DNA from: a virus
Reading direction: 5' to 3' (one strand)
Virus record (IMG/VR): IMGVR_UViG_3300035698_012088
Coordinates: 95,413-159,412 of that record
Length of the DNA: 64,000 nt
Positions 52,141 to 61,502 of this stretch are shown piece after piece; the stretch's first letter is position 1; the number at the start of each line of letters is the position of its first letter. The notes under the pieces are model-generated. The model was not told the DNA's origin. It was given only the letters and a program-made list of their open reading frames with translations, and did no database searches. The position numbers and the translations under genes were made by a program.

Positions 52141-52404
52141 ATGGATGATAGTATAAATTTGACTGCAACACTTGCCCCCATGTATAACATTAAGTTTGAT
52201 AAAATACAGACTCAAAGGTATAACATTGGGCAACAATTTATAATCCCTATGCCAGGGAAGAATATACGTATAAATAATAGGCCAGGTCTGCACCATATGT
52301 CATATGACAAAGATCTGATGAAAGATCTTACAGATATCATGGCTAAAGATATTATAGATGAGGAGGATGCTAAACGGCTAGCAGCGATCTCTTCAATAAA
52401 ATAA
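52141..52404 (+). CDS. Small protein resembling the HK97-fold capsid spine-helix region
   Basis: YNIKFDKIQTQRY...YDKDLMKDLTDIMAKDIIDEEDAKRL; recognised from memory, not searched. Confidence 0.4.
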   Translation: MDDSINLTATLAPMYNIKFDKIQTQRYNIGQQFIIPMPGKNIRINNRPGLHHMSYDKDLMKDLTDIMAKDIIDEEDAKRLAAISSIK

Positions 52405-52439
52405 CTATACATCTTCCTAAAGGGAAGGTGACAATAAGT

Positions 52440-52607
52440 ATGGAAACAGCTAGGCTGCATAAGCTTAGAGCTACAAACAGGTTTCTAAGGATGAAGGCCA
52501 GAGAAGAGGGGTTCCTAAGAGAACTAATCCCTCCCATTCCAGTATCTCCGGTGGAGTGTGATAGAGCAGTATATACCCCACAACCTAGGATTGTAAAAGA
52601 TGGATAA
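52440..52607 (+). CDS. 55-aa protein resembling a capsid-protein N-arm/E-loop segment
   Basis: METARLHKLRATNRFLRMKAREEGFLRELIPPIPVSPVECDRAVYTPQPRIVKDG, read from the DNA. Confidence 0.4.
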   Translation: METARLHKLRATNRFLRMKAREEGFLRELIPPIPVSPVECDRAVYTPQPRIVKDG

Positions 52608-52911
52608 ATTTAAGAAGCAAGCAATACAGAAGGCTAAGCAAAGCTCTTCTAAAATAAGGATCTCCGCAATAGCTTTAACTAAAAATGGTAATGTACTAGG
52701 CTCTGCAACCAACAGACCTAGATTCAATAGATATGGAGGAGGGTATCATGCTGAGATGGCATTGATACATAAAGTAGGGCCTGGGTTCTCCACAATGATC
52801 CTGTGTAGAATAGGAAGGGGAGGTAAAGTATTACCAATCCACCCTTGTAAAAAGTGTAGCAAGACCTTGAAAAAACTGCATATCAAAGTCATTTGTATTC
52901 AACCAGATTGA
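52600..52911 (+). CDS. Zn-dependent cytidine/dCMP deaminase-fold protein
   Basis: YHAEM...HPCKKC. Confidence 0.8.
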   Translation: MDKFKKQAIQKAKQSSSKIRISAIALTKNGNVLGSATNRPRFNRYGGGYHAEMALIHKVGPGFSTMILCRIGRGGKVLPIHPCKKCSKTLKKLHIKVICIQPD

Positions 52912-53309
52912 GGAACACATGAGTTAAATATACTCATAGCAAAGAAAAGGAATTACTGAAATGAAACCGGAGAAACTAATAGCACTTCTTGCTATAGGTT
53001 TACTTCTTGGTCTATGTATCAAGAGCTGTACCAAAAAAGAAGAACCTGTTGTAGAAGAATCTGTTGTAGAGAAGGTTGAACCAGGCCTAGGAGTAGATCA
53101 ATATAAAGAAGAGATGGATAGATATAAGGTAGCCCAGATTTGGAAGATACCTGTTACAGACCCCTTCAAAGAGCCTTTTGTTATTGAAATACTGGAGATC
53201 AAGGGAGAGTATCTTAAGTTTAGAGGTCTTGGCACCGTAATGGTAGGAGGAGAGTCCTCTTCCCATCACAGTCTGCTACATGATGCAGAACTTGTGAAGT
53301 AAAATCAAT

Positions 53310-53391
53310 GGTCCCATGGTGGAATTGGCATACACAACAGATTCAAAATCTGTCGCTTAAATGCATCCCGGTTCAAGTCCGGGTGGGATCA
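53310..53391 (+). tRNA. tRNA-Leu(CAA)
   Basis: GGTCCCA/TGGGATC, ACAGA-TTCAAAA-TCTGT, a variable arm and T loop TTCAAGT. Confidence 0.9.
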
Positions 53392-53415
53392 GACTGTTTT
53401 TGTAAAGGAGTTAGT

Positions 53416-53871
53416 ATGATTTGGCCATGGCAAAAGAAAGAAGAGGTACTCCCTCCAGAGCCTCCCCATGAGCATTTGTTTACTGGATCAATAGAAGATG
53501 GATATCAATATTGTTTGGGTTGTGGAGAAGCCATTCCAGTACAGCCTATAAAATGTACCCACCTGGAGTTAGACCCTGAAATATATAAGGGTTACCAGAA
53601 ATGTATTAAGTGTAGTAAAGCTATAGCAGTAGCTGCCTGTCCCCATATTCATTTAGCAGAAATGGTTGATTCTTTTCAGAGGTGCGAAGACTGTGGTAAA
53701 CTCTTACCTGTCAAACCTCCTCCTTGTCACCATGAGTGGGAAGAGAAAGAATGTTTTCCTATAGAGAGACTGAATAACAGACTTAACAAACAGGTTACCG
53801 TAGCAAAGAAATATGTGTTTGAGTGTAAGAGGTGTAAGACCTTTAAGTCTAACACTGTAAACCTAACCTAG
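53416..53871 (+). CDS. Protein with repeated His/Cys Zn-knuckles
   Basis: Repeats of (C)xH..(G)YQxCxxC; ATG after AAGGAG. Confidence 0.65.
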   Translation: MIWPWQKKEEVLPPEPPHEHLFTGSIEDGYQYCLGCGEAIPVQPIKCTHLELDPEIYKGYQKCIKCSKAIAVAACPHIHLAEMVDSFQRCEDCGKLLPVKPPPCHHEWEEKECFPIERLNNRLNKQVTVAKKYVFECKRCKTFKSNTVNLT

Positions 53872-54094
53872 GAGGGTTTGAATGGACACCTATCTATATA
53901 ACATTTGTATGTTGAGCATCATTTTTGGCGCCCTGGCCTTAGCTGCTGGGGTAGGCATCATTGAGATACTTGATAATAAAAATAAGACCAAGATCAGGGT
54001 AGCAGAGCTTAGTCTTGCAAAAGCACAAGCAGAATTAGAGATGCAAAGAGAAAAGGATCAGATGAGTATCAGAGGTCCTTCAGTATAATTTAAT

Positions 54095-54263
54095 CTCGGA
54101 GTAGCTCAAGTCTCTTCACAGTGTAATCAGAGCCCTGGTAGAAGTCGAAGTGGCACGAAGCACATTGTTTTGAGGGGAACTCTTCGGAGTAGGTGGAGCA
54201 ACTCTCTGGAACAGATCTTACCCGGAGAGTAGGTTATTGGTTCGATTCCAATCTCCGAGGCCA
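54095..54263 (+). ncRNA. 169-nt tRNA-like RNA with a D-loop insertion and extended anticodon arm
   Basis: CTCGGAG/CTCCGAG-G-CCA; D stem GCTC/GAGC; T arm ATTGG-TTCGATT-CCAAT. Confidence 0.8.
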
Positions 54264-54283
54264 CGTTTTGTAAAGGAAATGAA

Positions 54284-54670
54284 ATGTCTATATTAGGGAC
54301 CCGTGCCATGGAGTTACTAGAGAAGATAAAGAGGAACAACTATAAATTTACTCCTACTATGGTAAAGCAGTTAGAGGGTCTTATAGGAACAACCCCTTCA
54401 GTCACCTTGATGGAGACTGTAGATAAATCCGCATTTCCTCAAGTAGTATCAGATTTACAGAGGATTACAGGGGTGGAGTTTACTGCGGAGACTATAAATA
54501 TCCTTAGAGAATCATATCCAGATATGAGAATCAAGGCTATCAAAGAGGTAAGGAAAGCAACAGGATCAGGTCTCAAGGAGGCTAAACACGTAGTAGATGA
54601 TGCATGGCCGTATCATATAGTAAACCAAAGGAAACAGAGATGGACCAAGAAAAAGCAAACATTCTCATAG
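54284..54670 (+). CDS. Protein with a ribosomal bL12 C-terminal-like domain
   Basis: RIKAIKEVRKATGSGLKEAKHVVD. Confidence 0.7.
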   Translation: MSILGTRAMELLEKIKRNNYKFTPTMVKQLEGLIGTTPSVTLMETVDKSAFPQVVSDLQRITGVEFTAETINILRESYPDMRIKAIKEVRKATGSGLKEAKHVVDDAWPYHIVNQRKQRWTKKKQTFS

Positions 54671-55009
54671 ACACTTTTATTGCATGGAAAGAGACTCTCT
54701 ATCCAAGCACAAGCAACTTTTAGTGAGATTATCTATATTGGTAAAATAGAGCAAGTCAGTTGTCTTATAGGAGTTCTGATCTTCCTTGCAGTTTTAGGGG
54801 GCATTGTGGGATACCTAATGAAACAATATAAGAAACTGGACCTTGAGACGTTTTCAGGCCAAGAAGAGCAAGGTGGGTATATAGCGGGAATGGGGGTCGT
54901 AACTGCGATCATGCTTTTTACCGTAGCTGGAAACTTAGCCTCAATAGCCTCTTATCTCAAGCCTTGGGTAGCCCCAAGAGCATATGTCCTAGAGCAACTA
55001 ATCAAGTAA
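54640..55009 (+). pseudogene. Membrane protein gene frameshifted at a (CT)3 tract
   Basis: ATG 54640 with SD reads MDQEKANILIDTFIAWKETL then stops; one extra CT at 54695-54700 joins it to SIQAQATFSE... Confidence 0.5.
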
Positions 55010-55473
55010 AGGAATCCACATGGGACTCGCAGAATTTGTAAAGAAGCAGACAGATGGTTCTCCAATGCCCAGACAGGGTAACTGGGGAAACCCCAATAAG
55101 AAGCAGGCTAGGAAAATAGCCTATAGACAGAAGGTTTATGATGACCTTAACATGGTGCCCCCAAAGAAGAGGATTAACTTCCCTTCTGTCCATGAGACAC
55201 ACAGACCTGGATCCGGTAATGCTAGAAAAGGCATTGGTCCTGGTAAGAAGAAATCTAGCTAAATGCCTATAATGAGTGGAACGAAGCACCCTAAATCGCA
55301 ATACGTTGTGAAGTATCTAATGGACTGGTTACTGAGAAAAGCTAGTTCAAGGTACATGACAGTGATGAGAAAGGGTAAAATGTGGAGAGAAGGCGAGCAC
55401 CCCTTAACAGGTAAGGCTTAAACTCTCCTTTGGCGTAATAGCACACCAAGTTCTTTTTCTTTTAGGAGACAAC

Positions 55474-55865
55474 ATGATAACGAACACAGATCTAGTATCT
55501 ATAGCTGAATCTATAAGAAATACTTGTCCTATGCTTAAAGTCTTAGTTAATGAAGACACTTTACAAATTTTTTCAGGAAAAGATAAGGGCACAATGTTTA
55601 AGTTTTGGCTTAAAATATCAAAGGGGGCGAGGTTTTAATTGGTAAAGTCCAAGCCATAGGTTCAATTGACCATATCCTTGAATACCATTATGCTAACATT
55701 TATGATACAGAGGTTGTAGTTGCATGGCTAGTGTCTGATGTTTTAAAAAAATGGTATATTAGAGAAAAAGAGAGATGTGAATCTCAAATAAGGAAATGTC
55801 AGGATACTTTTGAAGAGGTAAAGCACCAGGTTGGAGAAGGGGTTATGTCACTATGGAACCTATAG
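55474..55865 (+). pseudogene. Frameshifted paralog of 58072..58482
   Basis: ITNTDLVSIAESIRNTCP in frame 0 and AWLVSDVLKKWYIRE...LWNL in the -1 frame, with the shift at AAAGGGGG (55620-55627). Confidence 0.7.
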
Positions 55866-56104
55866 GAGAGATTGACACCCCTGAAGTAGGGTTAGTTAAA
55901 ACTATAAGAGCAACCTTTGAGCCTAATGGTACACCTTATGGGTTAAAGACATCAGATGTAGAAAAGATACATAAAACTATTATAGACCGTCCAGGTGGGC
56001 ATAAAGACGATATCGCATTTATATCTCTGGTGAGAGTAATTTTTACAATGGAGAGAATGGGATACGTATCCTTCAGGCCTTTTGAGGAAGATGAAGAAGA
56101 TTAA
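55853..56104 (+). CDS. Hypothetical protein, paralog of 58483..58713
   Basis: EIDTPEVGLVK...MERMGYVSF. Confidence 0.55.
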   Translation: MEPIGEIDTPEVGLVKTIRATFEPNGTPYGLKTSDVEKIHKTIIDRPGGHKDDIAFISLVRVIFTMERMGYVSFRPFEEDEED

Positions 56105-56114
56105 AGGAGATTGA

Positions 56115-56747
56115 ATGCCCTATTCTGAACAACATAAGTGCTTCTTCTTCCATATAACTAAGGCAGCAGGAACAGCAGTAGAGAAAACTTTAGGTATGTA
56201 TGGAAATCGTACTCCTCTAAAAGGTAAGGTTGGGGGAATATTTGGAAGAAATAGACAGCACTTTACCTATGCCGAACTTGTTCATTTTGATTTGGTGGAT
56301 GAATCCTTATTTGCAGACAGTGTATGTTTTGCAATAGTGAGGGATCCTTTGGACAGAATTGTATCTGAGTATTTCTGGCTAGCTTTCCACAAAGAAAATA
56401 TATCTTTTAAAGACTTTGTTATAGACACATATATACCTAGTTATAAGTTAGCAGAGGAGAACGCTTTGGTTCCTCCCTACTGCAGTTATGCACACTTCTA
56501 TCCCCAACATCTATATGAGTGTAAATATATGTCTGAGTATTTAGTCTTTGACACCTTAGACTCTGATTGGAAAGCTTTTGTAAATAAATATACTTTGGAT
56601 CTTCCTAAGAACTTGAAAAAAAGAAACAAAACAAAGGTTAGGGAGAAAGATTTCCTTTCCTACTACGATTCTGAATTACTATCTATAGTCAATAAGAGTT
56701 TGGATAAAGATATACAGTTCTACTGTAGAATCAGCACAGGTCTGTGA
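56115..56747 (+). CDS. Sulfotransferase family 2 protein
   Basis: 5'-PSB FFHITKAAGTAV, 3'-PB VRDPLDRIVSEY and HFYPQ. Confidence 0.82.
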   Translation: MPYSEQHKCFFFHITKAAGTAVEKTLGMYGNRTPLKGKVGGIFGRNRQHFTYAELVHFDLVDESLFADSVCFAIVRDPLDRIVSEYFWLAFHKENISFKDFVIDTYIPSYKLAEENALVPPYCSYAHFYPQHLYECKYMSEYLVFDTLDSDWKAFVNKYTLDLPKNLKKRNKTKVREKDFLSYYDSELLSIVNKSLDKDIQFYCRISTGL

Positions 56748-58071
56748 AATACTGCGAGAAGAAAAATGTCTAATAAAAGAAACGACATCTTAGGAAAACT
56801 TAAGTGTCCCCAGTGTGGGGAGTTAGTCTTTGTACAGCTTAAAGTTAGAGAGTTAGCCCTAGGAATATCCTTTTGCATCAAGTGCAACTGCTCTTGGATG
56901 TTGATTAAGTGTAGACAACACGGAGACAAGAAATGAAGTGGAAAGAATTTCCTCCTCCAGGAGCTTGGTATACAGAAATCTCTGGATGGCATAGAGTAAG
57001 GATATCTACACCTAATTGTGACAATGAAGAGATAGGGTGTGGAACCTCAAAAGAAAAAGCTCTTGAAGAAGCTTGGGAGTGGTGGCTCAAGGCTGCTGCA
57101 GCTGCTATAAAGGGAGAATGCTGGTACTGTGTAGATTATGACTATACAGAAGAAGAGGTTTGCTTTGTGTGTAAAGAAGCAAGAGCAGCTTTAAAGGAAA
57201 AGTAAATGAATTTGGAAAAAGATCTCATAGTTATCAAGAGTAAGATAAAAGCTCAATACCCTAACCTGGGGATGGAAGTAGATACCAAGCATGTTAGTGA
57301 GGGCAATTTCATAGGTGTGTACTTCAAAGGAGTAGATGTCCTGATACATGCTGACATGAACTTAAAGGCTCCACAGAAGAGCTACAGCGGATTCATCAAT
57401 CACTGGAAGAGTGATTACTTTAAGTCTGAGGGTAATAAAGGTGGAAAGTACGCCTATACTGATCCTGATTCCCTAATGGCTGAACTAGCTAAGTGGATAC
57501 AGGTTAGGATAGAGGAATATGAAGAGTTTGAAGCAGAGCTTGATGACATAGACAAAGAGTATAATCTTCAAAGCTTGGACAATTATGAGAAGAGACAGAG
57601 TATAAGTATGAAAGACCAGCTTGCTGTTATTGCTATAAAGAAGGTAACTGTTGATGACATAAAAGACTTCTTAGATGACAAGGTTGATGGTGCTAACATC
57701 CTTGACCATGTTCCTGGGGTTAAGCCTCATGCCATAACCCAAGCCAAGATGCAGTATTCTTATATCAATAACAAGTCAGATCCATAGGTAATAGAGTGGT
57801 TGAGATATGAAGGTGGAATAGCCACAGAATGGGAAAGAGAGTTCTACGCTGAACTCTTCAACAGTACACAGCCCATCAACGCATTGTTCTGGGATGTGAA
57901 GTAAAGGAAGTGATATGGAATCTGAACTGATTACAACAGAAGAGTTTGTGGAAAAGGTCAGAGATGGCATCTTTACTTTTGGGCAGTTCGTCCATGCCCA
58001 TGAAGATGACTTTCCTGAAAATATGTCTATGGAAGAGTGGATGGAAGAATTCACTAAGTTTGTGGTTGAAG

Positions 58072-58482
58072 ATGGGTAAAGGGATAACACAAGCAGATTT
58101 TTTTCCAATAACAAAGAGCATAATGGCACTGTGCCCAGGTATATTAGTACATTATGACAATAGAGTTTTCACCTTTGAACTTAGTGAAGGAGATACATCT
58201 TTAGACTTTAAGATGCACTTGAGACCAAAAAAGAATTGTGCAGAGCTCTGCACTCTTGTGACATATATTAGAAAAAATGAGGATACAAGAATAGTAGAAT
58301 TTATACATGAGAATCGTATAGATGCAGAAGGTATAACAGCTTGGATCTTAAATACAGTAATCAAAGAGTGGTATTTCAGAGAGCTTGAACATAGTAACAA
58401 TGTAATAGTTGAACATACAGAACTTAAGCAATCTCTGAAAAAGAAGATAGGATTATCCCTCCTAGCAACATGGGAGCTGTAA
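58072..58482 (+). CDS. Hypothetical protein
   Basis: ITQADFFPITKSIMALCP...AWILNTVIKEWYFRE...TWEL. Confidence 0.6.
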   Translation: MGKGITQADFFPITKSIMALCPGILVHYDNRVFTFELSEGDTSLDFKMHLRPKKNCAELCTLVTYIRKNEDTRIVEFIHENRIDAEGITAWILNTVIKEWYFRELEHSNNVIVEHTELKQSLKKKIGLSLLATWEL

Positions 58483-58713
58483 ATGGAAGAAGAAATTGAA
58501 GCTCCTTTAGCACTTGTTAAAGTTGTTGAGGGGGATATTGCCGATATCTTTTCACAGGCATGGAAAAAAGATGGAAAAGATAACTCTACGTATAACAAGC
58601 TTATAGCTGGTTTAGACGGTGCAGGAGATCTAACAGAAGCCTTAACCCAGATGTTGGAAGTATTACACGATCTAGGATATGTACATCTAGAAGGAAGAAA
58701 GGAAGGAGGATAA
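58483..58713 (+). CDS. Hypothetical protein
   Basis: EIEAPLALVK...LHDLGYVHL. Confidence 0.55.
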   Translation: MEEEIEAPLALVKVVEGDIADIFSQAWKKDGKDNSTYNKLIAGLDGAGDLTEALTQMLEVLHDLGYVHLEGRKEGG

Positions 58714-59172
58714 GATGAAAGACATTATAGATCAAGATGGGGAAGAATATACTCTTGACGAATACGAAGCTAAGCTTATGAAAGAGACTGGAGTGACTAG
58801 AGAAGAGTGGTTCATGGAAACAGACCCTGATGACCCTCCTTTCCAAGTAGGAGATAAGGTTAATATCAAGTCCATGTCTGGAGATATCCCTGCAGAGTAT
58901 TTCCATATCCTTAGGGAGCCCCAAGAAGTAGAGTCTCTGATACCTGTACCTTGTAGTGATGGGTCTATTTGGTCTGTGGATCTTGTAGACGTACCCTTTA
59001 TCTTCAACCAAGAAGATTTGGAAAAGGTAGAATAATGAAAGGAAGGTAAAGAGATGAGCTATTTTGAACATGTTGAGAAGCACCCTTTTGAGCATTTACT
59101 TGCTCGCATACTGGGTAGTATTTCAGGCTACTTTGCCACTGGGGCTTTCATAGATTTTCTAGGAGGATAGAT

Positions 59173-59409
59173 GTGAGTCTATTTCACAAACATACATTCC
59201 TTTCTGAAGTTAAGGATGGATATCAGTTCTGCAAAGTTTGTGGAAAAGCTGTACCTGTAGAACCTATAGGATGTGAACATATATGGGAAGAGTTTACACG
59301 ATTTGATACAAAGAGAACGAGTAATAAAGCTATTATAGCTAGAACCTTTATAATGAAATGCAGTCAATGTGGAGAGATGAAAAGACATCTCTTTAAAGTG
59401 GAAGACTAA
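59173..59409 (+). CDS. Short paralog of 53416..53871
   Basis: HKHTF...DGYQFCKVCGKAVPVEPIGCEHIWEE...CSQCG. Confidence 0.65.
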   Translation: MSLFHKHTFLSEVKDGYQFCKVCGKAVPVEPIGCEHIWEEFTRFDTKRTSNKAIIARTFIMKCSQCGEMKRHLFKVED

Positions 59410-60670
59410 AAATGCAGATTTTAATTTCAGAACAGCTAGACACAATAGTAGACTGGTGTACCAATAATAGGGAAAAACTGGACTTAGAGTTCTATGATTC
59501 TGATGAAGATACGGGTCTTTATGAAGAAGAGTATACTGGCCTCTTAGATCGGGATAACTGGAGAGTAGGAGATATCCAACTAGAAGACTCAGAATATATA
59601 ATAAGTTTTGACTGTATTCTTTTAGACGATCAGCTAAGAGCTTATGTGTATCTAGATGAAGATGGTGTGTATAAGAGATTAGAGGTACAAGGAGAATAAA
59701 GTGAAACCTTTTGCATTTGACTTTGTATTTGAGGACCCTATTAAAGGAGCCATTGTCCAAATATGGCATCTTCCTGTTGAAGCAGAAGAGCTAACAGAAG
59801 AGCAGAATAATAAACTCTTTGAAGAAATAGAAGATAGAAAACTAGAATATGATTTTGGTGTCCATGATGTAGGATATAGTGATGAGCTATTTGGATTTAA
59901 CTCTTATGAAGTAAAGTATGATAAGATCTCAGAATTACTGCAGATATGGAAAGATATTTTAACAAGCCTTGGTTTAGAAACAGGTGAGTGGAATATGGTT
60001 GAAGAAGAGAAGCAGGAATGAGTTAGGAGAATAAGATGACTGGATGTGGTAACCATAGCTGTATCTTTGTTAAACCTAAAGGGCAGGGCACTAACAGTAA
60101 TTGTTCTTGCCTGAGTTCTTTGGATACAGAGAAACAGCTGTATATTAAGCAGCTCATATATCATGAGAAGGTGTATAAGAAGAGAATAGAGGAATTAGAA
60201 GCAGAGTTAAAACTTAAAGAATGATTTGGAGAAAGTGGAATAATGAAAAGAAAATGGATAGTAGAAGTATTCCCTCATGAGGGCTTTGGCATAAGCATAG
60301 ATGGGAAAGAGATATATCTAACAGATGATAATGCCTCAGAAGTAGAGAGGCTATTGAATAAAGCAGAAGAGATGGAAGATATCCAGGACAGGGTGGAGAG
60401 AATGCAAAAGTAGATGCTCTGTTTAAAGATGACTTCATTCTAGAGTATTACTAAGTTTCACAAGGGCTCTTAGCTCAGTAGGAGAAGAAAATGTTGATTC
60501 AATTAGCGGCCCATCAGACAGTAACTTATGTTAGTTGGCTAGAACAGTGGGAAAAGATTCATGGAAGAAACTCCACAGCTGTTCAGAGAACTGAAGCATT
60601 TTACGCATTAGTTCATAATAGAAAACCTAGTTGGATAGGTTGAAGGATCACAAGGGCCCTTAGCTTAATA

Positions 60671-60753
60671 GGAAGTGTATGCCCCCTGGCTTATATCCAG
60701 TGCATTATAATGGGCTAATTTGGTGCATGTAGGTTCGAGGCCTACCACTTCCA
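60671..60753 (+). ncRNA. D-armless tRNA-like RNA, anticodon UAU
   Basis: GGAAGTG/CACTTCC-A; CTGG-CTTATAT-CCAG; variable stem TGCATTA/TGGTGCA; T arm GTAGG-TTCGAGG-CCTAC. Confidence 0.75.
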
Positions 60754-60767
60754 AAGTCTACCTTCTT

Positions 60768-61445
60768 TTAGAACAATTTGCATATATTTCTATATATTAT
60801 ATCTTCTATAATATTCAAATACTTTTTAGCCTTGTTGGGTTTGAAGTAACTCAAAGAAGAGACATCTATAGTACACATCTCTATCCCAGCCTCTAAACAG
60901 GCTTGGAACTTCCTTTCATCATTATTCTCTATTTTATCTAGTTTATCCTTACCAAAAATAGGTTCATAGTGAAATATCCCATTTAGTTCAAAGGCTAATT
61001 TCAGAGAGGGAATATAGATATCTAATTCTGAATTAATTGCATCTTTTCTGTTGAAATGAAATACTAGATCTGGATATAGAGGAGGAAGAACTTCTTGGAG
61101 CCAGACCTCTAGCTTAGATACTCTAGTCCCCTGAGTTTTGTGAGTATTATTATAAGTACATGCACAAGATCTGGAACAAAAGTGATTGGTATATCTTTTG
61201 ATTTGATTTGCCGCTTTACGAAACGATTTTTTACATTGGGAACATGTAACTATTTCTTTTGTTTTTCTCGCACTTCCACAACATCCTAAAGAGCAAAAAA
61301 TAGCTTTAGCACATCTACCTCGTATACACTGCTGTATGTAGTGTTTAGTTTTATAGAATGTTTTTGTACATTGTTTACATTTCAAAGGTAATTTATCTCT
61401 ACTTTTAGCTTGACCATACTCCTCTGGGGTATATAGTTTAATCAT
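60768..61445 (-). CDS. Zn-finger plus PD-(D/E)XK/Vsr-like putative homing endonuclease
   Basis: CxxC..F...FCSxxC repeats, SKLE and ELDIYIPSLKLAFELNGIFHY. Confidence 0.7.
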   Translation of the reverse strand: MIKLYTPEEYGQAKSRDKLPLKCKQCTKTFYKTKHYIQQCIRGRCAKAIFCSLGCCGSARKTKEIVTCSQCKKSFRKAANQIKRYTNHFCSRSCACTYNNTHKTQGTRVSKLEVWLQEVLPPLYPDLVFHFNRKDAINSELDIYIPSLKLAFELNGIFHYEPIFGKDKLDKIENNDERKFQACLEAGIEMCTIDVSSLSYFKPNKAKKYLNIIEDIIYRNICKLF

Positions 61446-61502
61446 TTGAATCTCCTTTGTATATAATGTACTGCACAAAGGAGTAGAAAACAACTTTTCA
61501 AT

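Noticed and set aside
53308-53415. N-terminal extension of ORF 53308..53871, and likewise ORF 63475
   Set aside because: These extensions overlap tRNA-Leu and tRNA-Ser. Downstream ATGs with SD sequences (53416 and 63538) are the likely starts.
54120-54170. Hammerhead ribozyme inside the D-loop insertion
   Set aside because: It looks like a three-way junction but lacks the CUGANGA and GAAA core.
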